64,000 nucleotides of DNA from Pirellulales bacterium (GTDB lineage: Bacteria > Planctomycetota > Planctomycetia > Pirellulales > UBA1268), in assembly GCA_040877375.1 (NCBI GenBank), contig JBBDNW010000177.1:1609-65608 (forward strand). The letters run 5' to 3'. The notes beneath the pieces were generated by a model. The model had not been told where the DNA came from. It searched no databases and saw nothing but the letters and a program-made list of their open reading frames with translations. Both the position numbers and the translations under genes were made by a program. This document shows positions 19,716-30,360 of this stretch, piece by piece. Every line of letters starts with the position of its first letter. The first letter of the stretch is position 1.

Positions 19716-22127
19716 ATGCACGTCATGCCCGCCATGTGTTCACTGCCGTGCCTCCTCGCTGCCGCCGATGTGCGGCATCGTGTCGCGAGCCGGCTCATCG
19801 AGGGCTTCGACGAGTGGTGGCAGATGCCGGCCGCCGTGCTCGCGGTCGTCGCGATCGCCGCGCTCGTGATCTGGATGTATCGCCGCGACGCGGCCGAACT
19901 GCATCCGGCGACGGCGGTGACCCTCGCCGCCCTACGGCTTGCCGCCTTCGCCGCCCTCGCCGCTGCGCTCCTCGACTTCGAGCGAATCGCCGAGCACGAG
20001 ATCGACCTGCCGTCGCGGGTCGCGGTGGTGGTCGATTCGAGCGCGAGTATGTCACTCGCCGACGCGGACGATCCCGCCGCCTCGCGGTCGCGGCAGGCCC
20101 TCGACCTCCTCGACACCGGAGGCCTGCTTCGCGCGCTGCGGTCGCGACACGAGGTGAGCGTGTGGCGGTTTGACGCCGATATCGAACCGGTGCTCCGGCT
20201 ACCCCGTGCCGTCGATGCCGCGGGTGACGAGCCGGCAATGGAGACCCCATGGCGGGAGCGGCTGGCGGCCCGCGGCTACGAAACGAGGCTGGGCGAGGCC
20301 ATCGCTCACGTGGTCGACTCCGAATCGACCGCCGTGCTCGCGGGGGTGATCCTGCTCTCCGACGGCGGCCACAACGCCGGAATCGATCCGCGTGTCGCCG
20401 CGGCCTCCGCCGCCGCCGCCGGCGTGGCGGTGCTGCCCATCGGGATTGGCGCTGATGTGCTCCCGGCCAACGTCCGCATTGCCGACCTGCTGGCACCGTC
20501 CCGCGTCTTTCCCGGCGATCGGTTCGCCGTCACGGCGTTTCTCCAAGCGCAGGGACTCGCGGACCGGCGGGTGCGGGTCGAGCTTTCGGAACGGGCCGCT
20601 GCTGACCAAGGGGCGGGCAGGGTGCTCGACACGGTCGAGGCCGCGCTCGACGCCGATGGCGAACTGGTGCCCGTCCGATTCGATGTGCCGGGGCTCGCGA
20701 CGACCGGACGCCGAACGCTCGTCGTCCGCGTCGATCCTCCGGCTGGCGACCGCACCGCGGCCGACGACATGCAGGTGGCCGACGTCGAGGTGGTCGATCG
20801 CGTCACGCAGGTGCTCTTGATGGCGGGCGGCCCGGGCCGCGAATACCAGTTCATGCGAAATCTGCTCGAGCGCGACAAGAGCTTCGCCGTCGACGTCCTC
20901 CTGGGAACGGCGGCGGCGGGCATCTCCCAGGATGCACGGCGGATTCTCGACGCCTTCCCGGCATCCGATGAGGTGCTCGGCGAGTACGACGCCATCCTCG
21001 CGTTCGACTATGACTGGCGGCTGCTCGATGCCGCGGCGCAGGCGCGGCTCGAGCGGTGGGTGGCCGCCGAGTCGGGTGGACTCGTGCTCTCCGCGGGACC
21101 GGTCTTCATGGATGCCTGGCTGGCCGATCGGCGGACGGCGGTCATTCGCGACTTGTGTCCCGTCGAACTCCGCCGGCCGGGGCAGGTTGTCGCCGGCGAA
21201 TCATTGCACAACGCTGAGCCATGGCCGCTTGAGTTCACCCGCGACGGCCTTGAGTCGGAGTTTCTCTGGCTCGCGGGCAGCCGCGACGCAAGTGAGGAAG
21301 TGTGGCGGGAGTTTCCCGGTGTCTATTCCTGTTTTTCATCTGCGGGCACGAAGCCTGGCGCTACCGTCTACGCGCGGGTCGGTGCGTCGGCCGTCACCGG
21401 GCGGGAGAACATCTATCTTGCGGGGCAGTTCTACGGGTCGGGGATCGTGGTCTCCGTCGGCAGTGGCGAACTCTGGCGTCTGCGGGCGATTGAGGACGCC
21501 GCCTACGAGCGGCTCGCGACGCAACTGGTGCGGCACGTGTCGCAGGGCCGGCTGATGCGCGGGGCCCGCCGCGGACGGCTGATCGTCGACCGTGACCGCT
21601 TCCCGGTGGGCGGCACCGTCACGGTCCGCGTGGTGGCCGCCGACCCAGCGCTTGCGCAACGGGTTTCCTCTTTCCAGGCCGTCGCGCCCGATGGCACGCG
21701 GCTGACGGTGCCGCTGGCCGCCGAGCCGGCGCGGCCGGGGACACTTCAAGGATCGTTTGTCGCGTCGCGCGAAGGAAGCTGGCAGATCGAGGTCGAGACG
21801 CCCCCGGGCGACGGTGGGCCGCTATCGCGACGCATCCAGGTACAGCTGCCGGATCGCGAACTTGCCAACCCAAAACTGAATCGGGGCCTCCTGTCGCAAC
21901 TCGCGGTCGTCAGCGGCGCGACGCCGCGGTTCCTCGCCGATGGCAAACTCACCGCCGAGGCGGTGCGGTCACTCGTCGATTCGATTCCCGATCGTTCACG
22001 ACGCGAATACGAAACTGGTGCGGCTGACGCCGGCTTCAAACAGGCGATTAACTCCATCCTGCTCGCCGCGGGCTGTGGGTTTCTGTGCGTCGAATGGCTC
22101 GTCCGCCGGCTCGCGAGGCTCGCCTGA
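19716..22127 (+). CDS. membrane protein with vWA-like MIDAS motif (BatB-like)
   Basis: N-terminal TM helices, VAVVVDSSASMS (DxSxS) and a C-terminal TM helix. The start may be later (ATG 19824). Confidence 0.65.
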   Translation: MHVMPAMCSLPCLLAAADVRHRVASRLIEGFDEWWQMPAAVLAVVAIAALVIWMYRRDAAELHPATAVTLAALRLAAFAALAAALLDFERIAEHEIDLPSRVAVVVDSSASMSLADADDPAASRSRQALDLLDTGGLLRALRSRHEVSVWRFDADIEPVLRLPRAVDAAGDEPAMETPWRERLAARGYETRLGEAIAHVVDSESTAVLAGVILLSDGGHNAGIDPRVAAASAAAAGVAVLPIGIGADVLPANVRIADLLAPSRVFPGDRFAVTAFLQAQGLADRRVRVELSERAAADQGAGRVLDTVEAALDADGELVPVRFDVPGLATTGRRTLVVRVDPPAGDRTAADDMQVADVEVVDRVTQVLLMAGGPGREYQFMRNLLERDKSFAVDVLLGTAAAGISQDARRILDAFPASDEVLGEYDAILAFDYDWRLLDAAAQARLERWVAAESGGLVLSAGPVFMDAWLADRRTAVIRDLCPVELRRPGQVVAGESLHNAEPWPLEFTRDGLESEFLWLAGSRDASEEVWREFPGVYSCFSSAGTKPGATVYARVGASAVTGRENIYLAGQFYGSGIVVSVGSGELWRLRAIEDAAYERLATQLVRHVSQGRLMRGARRGRLIVDRDRFPVGGTVTVRVVAADPALAQRVSSFQAVAPDGTRLTVPLAAEPARPGTLQGSFVASREGSWQIEVETPPGDGGPLSRRIQVQLPDRELANPKLNRGLLSQLAVVSGATPRFLADGKLTAEAVRSLVDSIPDRSRREYETGAADAGFKQAINSILLAAGCGFLCVEWLVRRLARLA

Positions 22128-22130
22128 CCG

Positions 22131-24353
22131 ATGGCCGTGACCCTGCTACCCGCTGACACTCCCGCGACGCCCCGAGAGGATGCGGCGGTCTCCGCTGCGC
22201 CGCTGGCGGTGCTGCTCGCCTCGATTCGTCGGCAGGCAACCCGCTGGATCTGGGTTGAGTCGCTGGCGCTCGCCCTGCTCGCCGCCCTCGCGGCGGCGTG
22301 GCTCTCGCTTGCGGTTGACTGGCTGGTCGAGCCACCGGCCTGGGTGCGGGCCTGCATCCTCGTAGTCGCGCTGGCGACCATCGTGTGGATCCTCGTGACC
22401 CGACTCGTAACGCGGCTGCGCGTGCCGCTCACCGACGAGTCGCTTGCTCTCGCGATCGAGCGGACGCATCCCGGCTTCCACGACGGGCTCTCGACCGCGG
22501 TCGCGTATGCCCGCCTTCGTACCGGCGGCGATGAATCCGGCGCGGATGAATCCGGCACAGACGAACTCGTCGATCGCGAACTCGTTGATCGCACGATCGC
22601 AGGGGCGGTGACGCTGGTTGACCGCGTGCGTCCCGAGGTGCTCTTCCGGCGCACGCGTCTCATGGGCCTGGCGCTGGCAGCGCTGGCGCTGCTCGGAGCG
22701 ACCACGGCGGCGGCCGCGGCGAGCCCGGGCGTGGCGACTGTTTGGGCGCGGCGGTTCCTGTTACTCACCGATGATCCCTGGCCGCGACGCGTCACGCTTG
22801 AGGCCCCTGACTTCGCCGCGGGGGTTCGGACGGTGGCCCGGGGGTCTGATGTCGACGTGGTGGTGCTCGCGCGGGCGAAGGGAACCATGCCCGACGTCGT
22901 CGAACTCCGCACCCGGAGCCGCGATGGCTGGCGAACCGAGCGCATGGGTACCCGCGGCAGACCCACCGAGGCCGGGCAGGTGTTTGGCCACGTGCTCAAA
23001 CGGGTTGACGACGATCTCACGGTCGACGTGCGTGGGGGCGATGCCCGGCTGCGCGGCCTGAGGATCGTCGTCGCCGATCCACCCGCGGTCGCCGATGTCA
23101 GGATTGTTGCCACGTTGCCAGAGTACCTCGGCGGTGGGTCCCGTCAGCTCGTGCCCAGCCGGCTCGTGCAGGTTCCCCGCGGGGCTGCCGTGGAGTTTGA
23201 GTGCACCTCGACCAAGCCGCTGGCAACCGCCACGCTCGCAGTGCGACAGGCCGGTGGCGAGGCGCGGGCAGAACAGCCGATCGCCAGCCTGAAACGTGGT
23301 GCGGCGGACATGCGGACGATCAGTGGGCGGATTCCCGCGATCGACGCCGACACCGCCGTGCTCGTGCGTCTTACCGACACCGTGGGCCTCGAGAACCGCG
23401 ATCCGCTGGTGGTCGTGTTTTCGGCGGTGCCGGACGAGCGGCCCGAGGTCGCGCTGCGGCTCGTCGGTATCTCGTCGGCGGTCACGCCGCAGGCAGTGCT
23501 GCCCCTTGAGGGCACGATCTCCGACGACCATGCCCTTGGCGGTGCCGCAGTGCTGCTGGCCGCGGGCGAGCTCGACCGCACGCTTCCGATCGCCCGCGTG
23601 CGCGGCGGTGAGCCGCTGGTGGAGTTGCCGGCCGCGCAGCCGGAACTGGTGCCACTGGCCGGCTTGGGGCTGGCCGTGGGTGCGCGGCTCGAGGTCGTCG
23701 TGTCGGCCCGCGACACCTGTACCCTCGACGGTGAACCGAACGAGGGACGAAGTGACCGCTGGACGCTGGACGTGGTCACCCCTGAATCGCTGCGAGCGAT
23801 GCTCGAGGCCCGCGAGATCCTGCTCCGCCGCCGGTTTGAGGCGACGATCGATGATTGTGCGAAGGTCCGTGACGTCGTGGCGAACGAATCGCGAACCGAT
23901 GACGCCGGGTCGCTTTCAACCGCGCTGGCCCGGTGTGGCGAGGCGACCGCCCGCGCCATCGGCGAGACGTCCGAGATTGCCGCCGAGTTTCGGGGCATCG
24001 GCCGGGAGCTGGCCAACAACGCCTTGCTCACGCCGGAGATCGAGGCCCGACTGGTGACGCAGATTGCCGCTCCCCTCTCGGCCCTCGTTGATGGCGAACT
24101 CGCCGCGGTGGCCCGGGCTTCCCGAGGGCCCGCGGGCAGCGGTAGTGCCGCCGGCGATCAGCGGGGTGTGGTGCGGCTCCTTGACGTAGCGCTGGCCCGC
24201 ATGCGGGCGGTGCTCGAGCGGATGCTTGAACTCGAGTCGGTCAACGAGGTGATCGAGCGGCTCCGCAGCGTGATCCGCACGCAGGAGCAGATCCGCGCGG
24301 AGACGCTCGAACGACAGCGGAAGCGCGGCCGCGAAGCTTTGGAGTCGCCATGA
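22131..24353 (+). CDS. hypothetical membrane protein (740 aa)
   Basis: Two N-terminal TM helices followed by a large soluble region. Begins 3 nt after the previous stop. Codon usage is consistent with its neighbours. Confidence 0.6.
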   Translation: MAVTLLPADTPATPREDAAVSAAPLAVLLASIRRQATRWIWVESLALALLAALAAAWLSLAVDWLVEPPAWVRACILVVALATIVWILVTRLVTRLRVPLTDESLALAIERTHPGFHDGLSTAVAYARLRTGGDESGADESGTDELVDRELVDRTIAGAVTLVDRVRPEVLFRRTRLMGLALAALALLGATTAAAAASPGVATVWARRFLLLTDDPWPRRVTLEAPDFAAGVRTVARGSDVDVVVLARAKGTMPDVVELRTRSRDGWRTERMGTRGRPTEAGQVFGHVLKRVDDDLTVDVRGGDARLRGLRIVVADPPAVADVRIVATLPEYLGGGSRQLVPSRLVQVPRGAAVEFECTSTKPLATATLAVRQAGGEARAEQPIASLKRGAADMRTISGRIPAIDADTAVLVRLTDTVGLENRDPLVVVFSAVPDERPEVALRLVGISSAVTPQAVLPLEGTISDDHALGGAAVLLAAGELDRTLPIARVRGGEPLVELPAAQPELVPLAGLGLAVGARLEVVVSARDTCTLDGEPNEGRSDRWTLDVVTPESLRAMLEAREILLRRRFEATIDDCAKVRDVVANESRTDDAGSLSTALARCGEATARAIGETSEIAAEFRGIGRELANNALLTPEIEARLVTQIAAPLSALVDGELAAVARASRGPAGSGSAAGDQRGVVRLLDVALARMRAVLERMLELESVNEVIERLRSVIRTQEQIRAETLERQRKRGREALESP

Positions 24354-25951
24354 TCGAGTCCCGAGATCACCGAGCGTTGTGTATTGCCGCCCTCCCGCTG
24401 CTTTTGTCCACGGGAGCGATCGTCTTCCCGTCCATGGCCGCCGAGACGCCGCCGGCACATGCTGCGCTCGCCGCCCGCGAAGCCGAACTGCTCGAGCAGT
24501 ACCGTGAACTCGAGCGGTCGTTTCTCCGGCTGGCCGACCTGCTCGTCGCCACCGATCCACGTCGGGCCGCGGTCTTGCGGTCGACGTTTGACCGGGCCCG
24601 TGAGGGGCAGGTGGGCGACCGGGTGGCGGCGATCGTGACGCTGCTCGAGCAGGGCCAACTGCTGAAGGCGGGCACGAGTCAGCAGGATGCGATCGATCAG
24701 TTTCGGGCGTTGCTCCAGCTGCTCGAATCGGGGGCGGGCGAGTCACGGATCGCCGACACGAAGAAGGAGGTGCGGGCCTTCATCGGGCGGGTCACGAAAC
24801 TGATCGCGAAACAAAAAGACATCGAGGGCTCGACGGAGGCCGGCGATGCGGAGGCGAAGTTGGCCGAACGGCAGCGGGCGGCTGCCGACGAAGCGGGAGC
24901 GCTTGGCGAAGAGATCGACTCCTTCGCGCGGCGGATCGACGACCTTGACCCCGCGGCCGGCGGCGAGAAGGCCGCGGAGGCGGGTGCCGAAGGTCCTGCG
25001 GATCGGCACTCCACGCCGCCCGCCGAGGGGGGCGATGGCGAGCCGGGGCAGCCCTCTGGTGACGCAGGTGAAGCCAAGGACGCGGCTGGTGATCCGCCGG
25101 CCGAGGGCGACGACGACGCGGCCCGCGCGCGGCGGACGCGGCAGCGGCTGCAGGCTGCGGAGCAGCGGATGCAACAGGCCCGGGAGCGGCTCGACGAAGC
25201 CAAACGTCGCGACGCGCGACGCGAGCAGGAGAAGGCGATCGAGGAACTGGAGACCGCCCGGGCGGAACTGGAAGAGATCCTCCGGCAACTCCGCGAACAG
25301 GAAGTGGAGCGGCTGCTGGTCAACCTCGAGTCTCGCCTGCGCGGGATGCTCCGGGCCGAACGGTCGGTGCTCGCCGATGCGGAGAAGCTCGTGGCGGCAG
25401 ACGCCTCTCAATCCGAACGCGAGCGGCAGCTCGAGGCCGCCCGGCTCGGCCGCGAGCAGACGACGATCACGACCGAGGCCGCGAAGGCGATGACGCTGGT
25501 GCGCGACGACGGCACCGCGGTCGCGATCCCCCAGGCACTCGAGCAGGTCCACGACGACTCCGTGCAGGCGGCGGCCCGACTCGGTCGCGGCGACGCTGGC
25601 CGCGAGACGATCGGGATCGTGGGCGACATCGTGACCGGTCTCGAGGAGATGCTCGCGGCGGTCGAGAAGGCGCAGCAATCGCAGAAGAAGGAGGAGGAGG
25701 CCGGGGGAGCTCCCGGGGGCCGGGCCGGCGAGCCGGGGGAACAGCCGCTGGTCGACAAGCTCGCGGAGCTCAAGATGCTCCGCTCACTGCAGATGCGGGT
25801 CAACACCCGCACCCGGCGGTTCGCACAGGTCCTCGACGACACCGACCACGCCGCACAGCCCGAAGTCCGCGCCGTTCTCGACCGGCTGGCCGAACGGCAG
25901 CGGGCGATCGAGCGGGCCGCGCGAGACATTGTGTCGGGCCTGGTGGAGTAG
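24350..25951 (+). CDS. exported acidic coiled-coil protein (533 aa)
   Basis: ATGA overlap with the upstream gene. Signal peptide present. Long E/R/A/Q-rich heptad-like stretches. Confidence 0.6.
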   Translation: MIESRDHRALCIAALPLLLSTGAIVFPSMAAETPPAHAALAAREAELLEQYRELERSFLRLADLLVATDPRRAAVLRSTFDRAREGQVGDRVAAIVTLLEQGQLLKAGTSQQDAIDQFRALLQLLESGAGESRIADTKKEVRAFIGRVTKLIAKQKDIEGSTEAGDAEAKLAERQRAAADEAGALGEEIDSFARRIDDLDPAAGGEKAAEAGAEGPADRHSTPPAEGGDGEPGQPSGDAGEAKDAAGDPPAEGDDDAARARRTRQRLQAAEQRMQQARERLDEAKRRDARREQEKAIEELETARAELEEILRQLREQEVERLLVNLESRLRGMLRAERSVLADAEKLVAADASQSERERQLEAARLGREQTTITTEAAKAMTLVRDDGTAVAIPQALEQVHDDSVQAAARLGRGDAGRETIGIVGDIVTGLEEMLAAVEKAQQSQKKEEEAGGAPGGRAGEPGEQPLVDKLAELKMLRSLQMRVNTRTRRFAQVLDDTDHAAQPEVRAVLDRLAERQRAIERAARDIVSGLVE

Positions 25952-25990
25952 GGGGAATCCGGCATGGATAAAGTGAAGCGTTGGTAAATC

Positions 25991-26100
25991 GGGGCGGGGT
26001 GCTACCCGGATTCCCCGCGCTTGTGCTTGGGGCTTCCTGACGGGAGCGAGGGGTCGGCGAACGCTCGAGGAGCCTCGGGCCGGCGCGGCCCACAGCGACA
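25991..26100. repeat. modular hairpin repeat (family B, copy 1)
   Basis: ggggcggggtgctacccg-TTCCCCGCGCTTGTGCTTGGGGCTTCC-tgacgggag...ggggtcggcgaacgctcgaggagc...; homologous to 58504-58630. Confidence 0.85.
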
Positions 26101-26177
26101 ATCCGCAGGGCCGCGACTATCATAGAATGGTTCGCGACGCTGACCGCGGACATCTCCGGCGGTCTGTGGAGTTGTGC

Positions 26178-27260
26178 ATGACATCGCCGTCTGGCCGCCG
26201 TCTCGCCCGTGCCATCGTGCTCGGCGTGTGCCTTGGCGCCGGTCGCTGTGCTCTCGTGGCAGCGATGCCCGCCGGCATCGCCGATCCCGAACTCGCCCGC
26301 GAGCCGTCGTGGCGCATCCCGCCGGTCGAGGAGGTTCGCGACCGGGCTCTCGCCTGGCTCGCGGCCGCCGAGTCTGCGGGGCAGCCTTCGGCAGCAGCGA
26401 CGCGGGCCCGTGCGGCCTGGGGGGCTGCCGACGGTCGGCCGCGTGTCGACGTGCTCGACGCCGTGATGGAGACCGTGAGCTGCGGCGAGCCACGGGCCGA
26501 GGCGATCCGGACGGCCGCGGCCGGCGACCCTGATCTCTCCTGGCTGGACGATTCCGTGACGACGCCCTTCGTGCGGGACGCCGTGAAACTCTGGTGGGGT
26601 CGCGAGCTGGTGCGGCGTGACCGTTTCGACGACGCCATGCCCCTGCTCGTGGGCCTCGACGTGGCCGCCGCGGTCGATCCCGCCACGCTGCTCTTTCATC
26701 GAGCGGCCTGCCAGCACTGGCTCCTCGCCGTGGACGACGCGCTCGAAAGCCTCGACCGACTGCTCGAGCGCGAACACGAGATCCCGGTGCGCTATGCCCG
26801 CGTGGCACGCCTGCTGCGGGTCGATATGGCGGCGCTCGACCGCGATTCGCTCGACCACATTGCCCGCCGGATGCGCGACGTCACCCGCCGGCTCGACCTC
26901 GGCCGGGCCGGCTCCGCGACCCGCGATGTTCAAGACGGCGTGATCGAGTCGCTCGACAAACTCATCGAGCAGCTGCAGGACCAGCAACAGCAGCAGGGGG
27001 GCGGTGGAGCCGCAGGTGCCGGAGGCGGCCCGGGGCAGGGGGCCGCCGGCAAGCCGATGGAAGACAGCCGACCTGCCGGAGGCCGCGGCCCAGGCGACGT
27101 GCAGGGGCGCGATCTGGGCGTGGGCGACGACTGGGGCCGGCTTCCGCCCCACGATCGCGAACAGGCGCTGCAGCAGATTGGACGCGAGTTTCCACCGCAC
27201 TACCGGGAGGCGATCGAACAGTATTTCAAGCGGCTCGCGTCCGGCGGGGAGGACCGCTGA
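26178..27260 (+). CDS. exported hypothetical protein with Q/G-rich linker
   Basis: Signal peptide MTSPSGRRLARAIVLGVCLGAGRCALVAA. QDQQQQQGGGGAAGAGGGPGQG linker. C-terminal FPPHYREAIEQYFKRLA. Confidence 0.6.
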   Translation: MTSPSGRRLARAIVLGVCLGAGRCALVAAMPAGIADPELAREPSWRIPPVEEVRDRALAWLAAAESAGQPSAAATRARAAWGAADGRPRVDVLDAVMETVSCGEPRAEAIRTAAAGDPDLSWLDDSVTTPFVRDAVKLWWGRELVRRDRFDDAMPLLVGLDVAAAVDPATLLFHRAACQHWLLAVDDALESLDRLLEREHEIPVRYARVARLLRVDMAALDRDSLDHIARRMRDVTRRLDLGRAGSATRDVQDGVIESLDKLIEQLQDQQQQQGGGGAAGAGGGPGQGAAGKPMEDSRPAGGRGPGDVQGRDLGVGDDWGRLPPHDREQALQQIGREFPPHYREAIEQYFKRLASGGEDR

Positions 27261-27262
27261 GC

Positions 27263-28510
27263 GTGCAGGCCGTGATTTTTTTTCGTCGCCGAACCCTCGT
27301 GGCCGTCTGCGGAGCCGGGGTTGCCATCTCGAGCTGGGGCGTGGCGTCGGTGGCGGCGGCACCCGCGGCCGACGTGGCGGTCCGCGTCGAGATGACGGAT
27401 GGTTCGGTCGTGGAAGGACTGCTCGAGGCGATCGACAAGTCGCAGGTGACGCTCGAACTGGCGGCCGGGCGGCGGGAGATGTTGCTGGCCACCATCCGCA
27501 GGATCGGAAGGCATCCGCCGCCTGGAGCGGACCCGCTGGTTGCCGCACTGCCGGTGGAGGTGATGGGTGCTGATGGCGCGCGGATCACCGGCGACGATTT
27601 TCTCTGGGAGGGCGATACGGCTGTGATCGTGCGGGGGGCCGAGCGGATCGAGTTGCCGATCGACCGCGTGAAGACGGTGGCCTGGGGGGCACGGCCGGTC
27701 GAGGGTCCTGCTGCGGCCGAGCGCGGGGCATGGATGGCGGCGGTACCCGCCGAGCCTGCGGCCGACTTGGTCGCCGTGTCGCGGGAAGGCGGCTTCGAAC
27801 TTGTCGAGTGTGCGATCACAGCAGTGTCGCCGGAGGTGGTGACGGTGGTGCTCGACGGAGAACGGATTCCGGTCAAACGTGGCAAGGTGCTCGGCCTCGT
27901 CTGGGTTCGGCCGATGACTGCGGGCAGCGGCAGCCGAGTGACGATCGCCGGAGGCAGCCTGACGGCCGCGACCGTGGAGTGGACGGCGGAAAAGCTCGTG
28001 CTCGATGGGACGGTGCGAATCCCCGGCGGTCTTATCGAATCGATCGATTACGCCGCCGGCCGCACAGTCAGCCTCGCGGCACTGCCGCCAGCGACGGTTT
28101 CGGCCGAACCATTTTTCGGAGCGCTCGCGTCGGTCGATGGCCTCGCGACGTTTTTCGCGCCGCGGCTGGTGCCGGCGCCCGGCGCGAAGGCCGCCGACGA
28201 AGCGGGGGCGAACCGCTCGCTGCTCATGCGGCCGCGAACCCGCGCCGTGTGGCTGGTGCCCGCCGATAGCCAGCGATTTCGCGCGGCGGTTGTCCGCGTG
28301 GCCGCGGGGCAGGCAGGGGGGGCCGTGCGAGTCGCGGTGTTGGCCGACGACCGTGCGGTGTGGGAACAACGGCTCGACGCCGCGGCGGTCGGCGGCCTGC
28401 CGATCGACGTCGACATGACGGCTGCCCGCCGGCTGACCCTCGTGGTCGATTTCGTTCCCGGCAACATGGGGTGCCCCGTGCGGTTTGACGGCGCGGTCTT
28501 CGAAAAATGA
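27263..28510 (+). CDS. exported hypothetical protein (415 aa)
   Basis: GTG start 2 nt after the previous stop. Signal peptide MQAVIFFRRRTLVAVCGAGVAISSWGVASVAAA. Confidence 0.55.
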   Translation: MQAVIFFRRRTLVAVCGAGVAISSWGVASVAAAPAADVAVRVEMTDGSVVEGLLEAIDKSQVTLELAAGRREMLLATIRRIGRHPPPGADPLVAALPVEVMGADGARITGDDFLWEGDTAVIVRGAERIELPIDRVKTVAWGARPVEGPAAAERGAWMAAVPAEPAADLVAVSREGGFELVECAITAVSPEVVTVVLDGERIPVKRGKVLGLVWVRPMTAGSGSRVTIAGGSLTAATVEWTAEKLVLDGTVRIPGGLIESIDYAAGRTVSLAALPPATVSAEPFFGALASVDGLATFFAPRLVPAPGAKAADEAGANRSLLMRPRTRAVWLVPADSQRFRAAVVRVAAGQAGGAVRVAVLADDRAVWEQRLDAAAVGGLPIDVDMTAARRLTLVVDFVPGNMGCPVRFDGAVFEK

Positions 28511-30258
28511 TCCCGACTCTGCTCTTTCTGCGACGCGGTATTCCGGCCTGGCGGCGAATCGTAGCAGCGCTGATCGTCATGGCCGGCAGTGGTGCCACTG
28601 CACGGGCCTTCGACGTCGATCCCGTGGTGCTCGAGGCGGAGCGGAGCCGCATCGAAGCCATTCGGCGGGCATCCACCGCGGCCGTGTCAATCTTCGCTGG
28701 TGACGCGGGGGGCGGTTCGGGCGTGCTGCTCACCCCCGACGGCTACGCGGCCACCAACTTTCACGTGGTGCAGCCCGCCGGCGCCGCGATGACCTGCGGA
28801 CTGGCCGACGGACGGCTCTACGACGCCGTGCTCGTGGGGATCGATCCGACCGGCGACCTGGCGCTCGTGAAACTGCTCGGCCGCGACGACTTCCCCTGCG
28901 CCGTGCTCGCCGACAGCGATCTGGTGGAGGTGGGAGATTTCTGTTTCGCCGCGGGCAACCCCTTCCTGCTGGCCACCGACCTCAAGCCTTCGATCAGCGC
29001 CGGGATCGTGTCGGGCGTGCACCGCTACCAGTTCCCGGCCGGCACGATCCTTGAATACACCGACTGCCTGCAGGTTGACGCTGCGATCAATCCGGGCAAC
29101 TCCGGGGGTGGGCTGTTTGACGCCACTGGTCGGCTCATCGGCGTCAACGGCAGGGCGTCGTTCGAGAAGCGCGGCCGCGTGAACGTGGGAGCCGGATATG
29201 CGATCTCGTCAAATCAAGTGCGGAACTTCCTCGGCTGTCTGAGGGCGGGGCGAATCTGCGATCACGCGACGCTCGGCGCGACCGTGGCGACGAGCGCTGA
29301 AAGTCGCGTCGTTGTCTCCGACATCCTCGAATCATCTGACGCCTGGCGGCGGGGCCTGCGGTATGACGACGAGATCATCGCGCTTGCCGGCCGGCCGGTC
29401 CGCACCGTGAACGCCTTCAAGAATGTGCTCGGAACGCTGCCGGCGGGCTGGCAGGTGCCGCTGGTCTACCGGCGCGGGGGCCGTCGCACCGAAGTGCTCG
29501 TGCGGCTCGCCGGCATCCACGCCCCCGCCCAGCTGGCGACGATCGTCGCGGGAGGTGCGGAGGAGGAGAAGCCGCGGCCCGGTGCGGATGCTGCGCGGCC
29601 AGAACTCCCCGCCGCGGTCCGCAGTGTTTACGACGCCCGTCCCGGATTCGCCAACCACCACTTCAACGTGGTTGAGCGCGACCGGGTGGCCGCCGCCATG
29701 GTCGCAGTTCGCGACGCCACGGCGCTGGGGCCGTGGGTGCTTTCCGGAAGGCTTGCGACGGGGGACGAGTTTCGCATCGAGCTCTCCGACACGGCCGCGT
29801 CGATCGATCTCCCGACGGGCACCTCGACACTTACCGTCGACGACGCGCTCGATCGCAACCCGGTGCCCCCTGGGAGCGGTGGCATGCTCGCGGCGCTCGT
29901 GCTCTGGCGGCAACTCGTCACCGCGGGCCCCGCCGCCGTCGGACGGACCACCTACTGGGGCACAGCACCACGCGATCCCAGCGCCCTGGGCGACGCGGCG
30001 ATCGTCGACTTTGTCGACGTGCTGGAGTCGGCCACGTCGGGCGTCGAAGCGCGGTTCGCCGTGGACGGCGGCCGGGTGGTGTCGATCGATCTCTGGACGA
30101 GCCCCGATGCCGAACCATGCGAGGTGAGACTCGTGTGGGACGAGTTGGGGGAAGGGGAGCCGCCGCCGACGCCCGCGCGGCTGGAGGTCAGGCGGGGCGG
30201 ACAGGAGTTTGGCACGTTCGTGATCGAGCCGTCCGCACCCCGGGGAAAGGCACCATGA
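28507..30258 (+). CDS. HtrA/S1C-type trypsin-like serine protease with PDZ domain (catalytic triad intact)
   Basis: ATGA-coupled start. Signal peptide present. His in GSGVLLTPDGYAATNFHVV, Asp in DLALVKL, Ser in INPGNSGGGLFD. PDZ-like segment RGLRYDDEIIALAGRPV. Confidence 0.85.
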   Translation: MIPTLLFLRRGIPAWRRIVAALIVMAGSGATARAFDVDPVVLEAERSRIEAIRRASTAAVSIFAGDAGGGSGVLLTPDGYAATNFHVVQPAGAAMTCGLADGRLYDAVLVGIDPTGDLALVKLLGRDDFPCAVLADSDLVEVGDFCFAAGNPFLLATDLKPSISAGIVSGVHRYQFPAGTILEYTDCLQVDAAINPGNSGGGLFDATGRLIGVNGRASFEKRGRVNVGAGYAISSNQVRNFLGCLRAGRICDHATLGATVATSAESRVVVSDILESSDAWRRGLRYDDEIIALAGRPVRTVNAFKNVLGTLPAGWQVPLVYRRGGRRTEVLVRLAGIHAPAQLATIVAGGAEEEKPRPGADAARPELPAAVRSVYDARPGFANHHFNVVERDRVAAAMVAVRDATALGPWVLSGRLATGDEFRIELSDTAASIDLPTGTSTLTVDDALDRNPVPPGSGGMLAALVLWRQLVTAGPAAVGRTTYWGTAPRDPSALGDAAIVDFVDVLESATSGVEARFAVDGGRVVSIDLWTSPDAEPCEVRLVWDELGEGEPPPTPARLEVRRGGQEFGTFVIEPSAPRGKAP

Positions 30259-30360
30259 TCCGCAGCGTGGTCGTGATGGCGCTGTGCTGCGTGGCCTGCC
30301 CCGTGCTGGTCGCCGCCGAGGGCGTCGTGGCAGGCGACGGCCGCGGCGGCGGCCCGCAAG

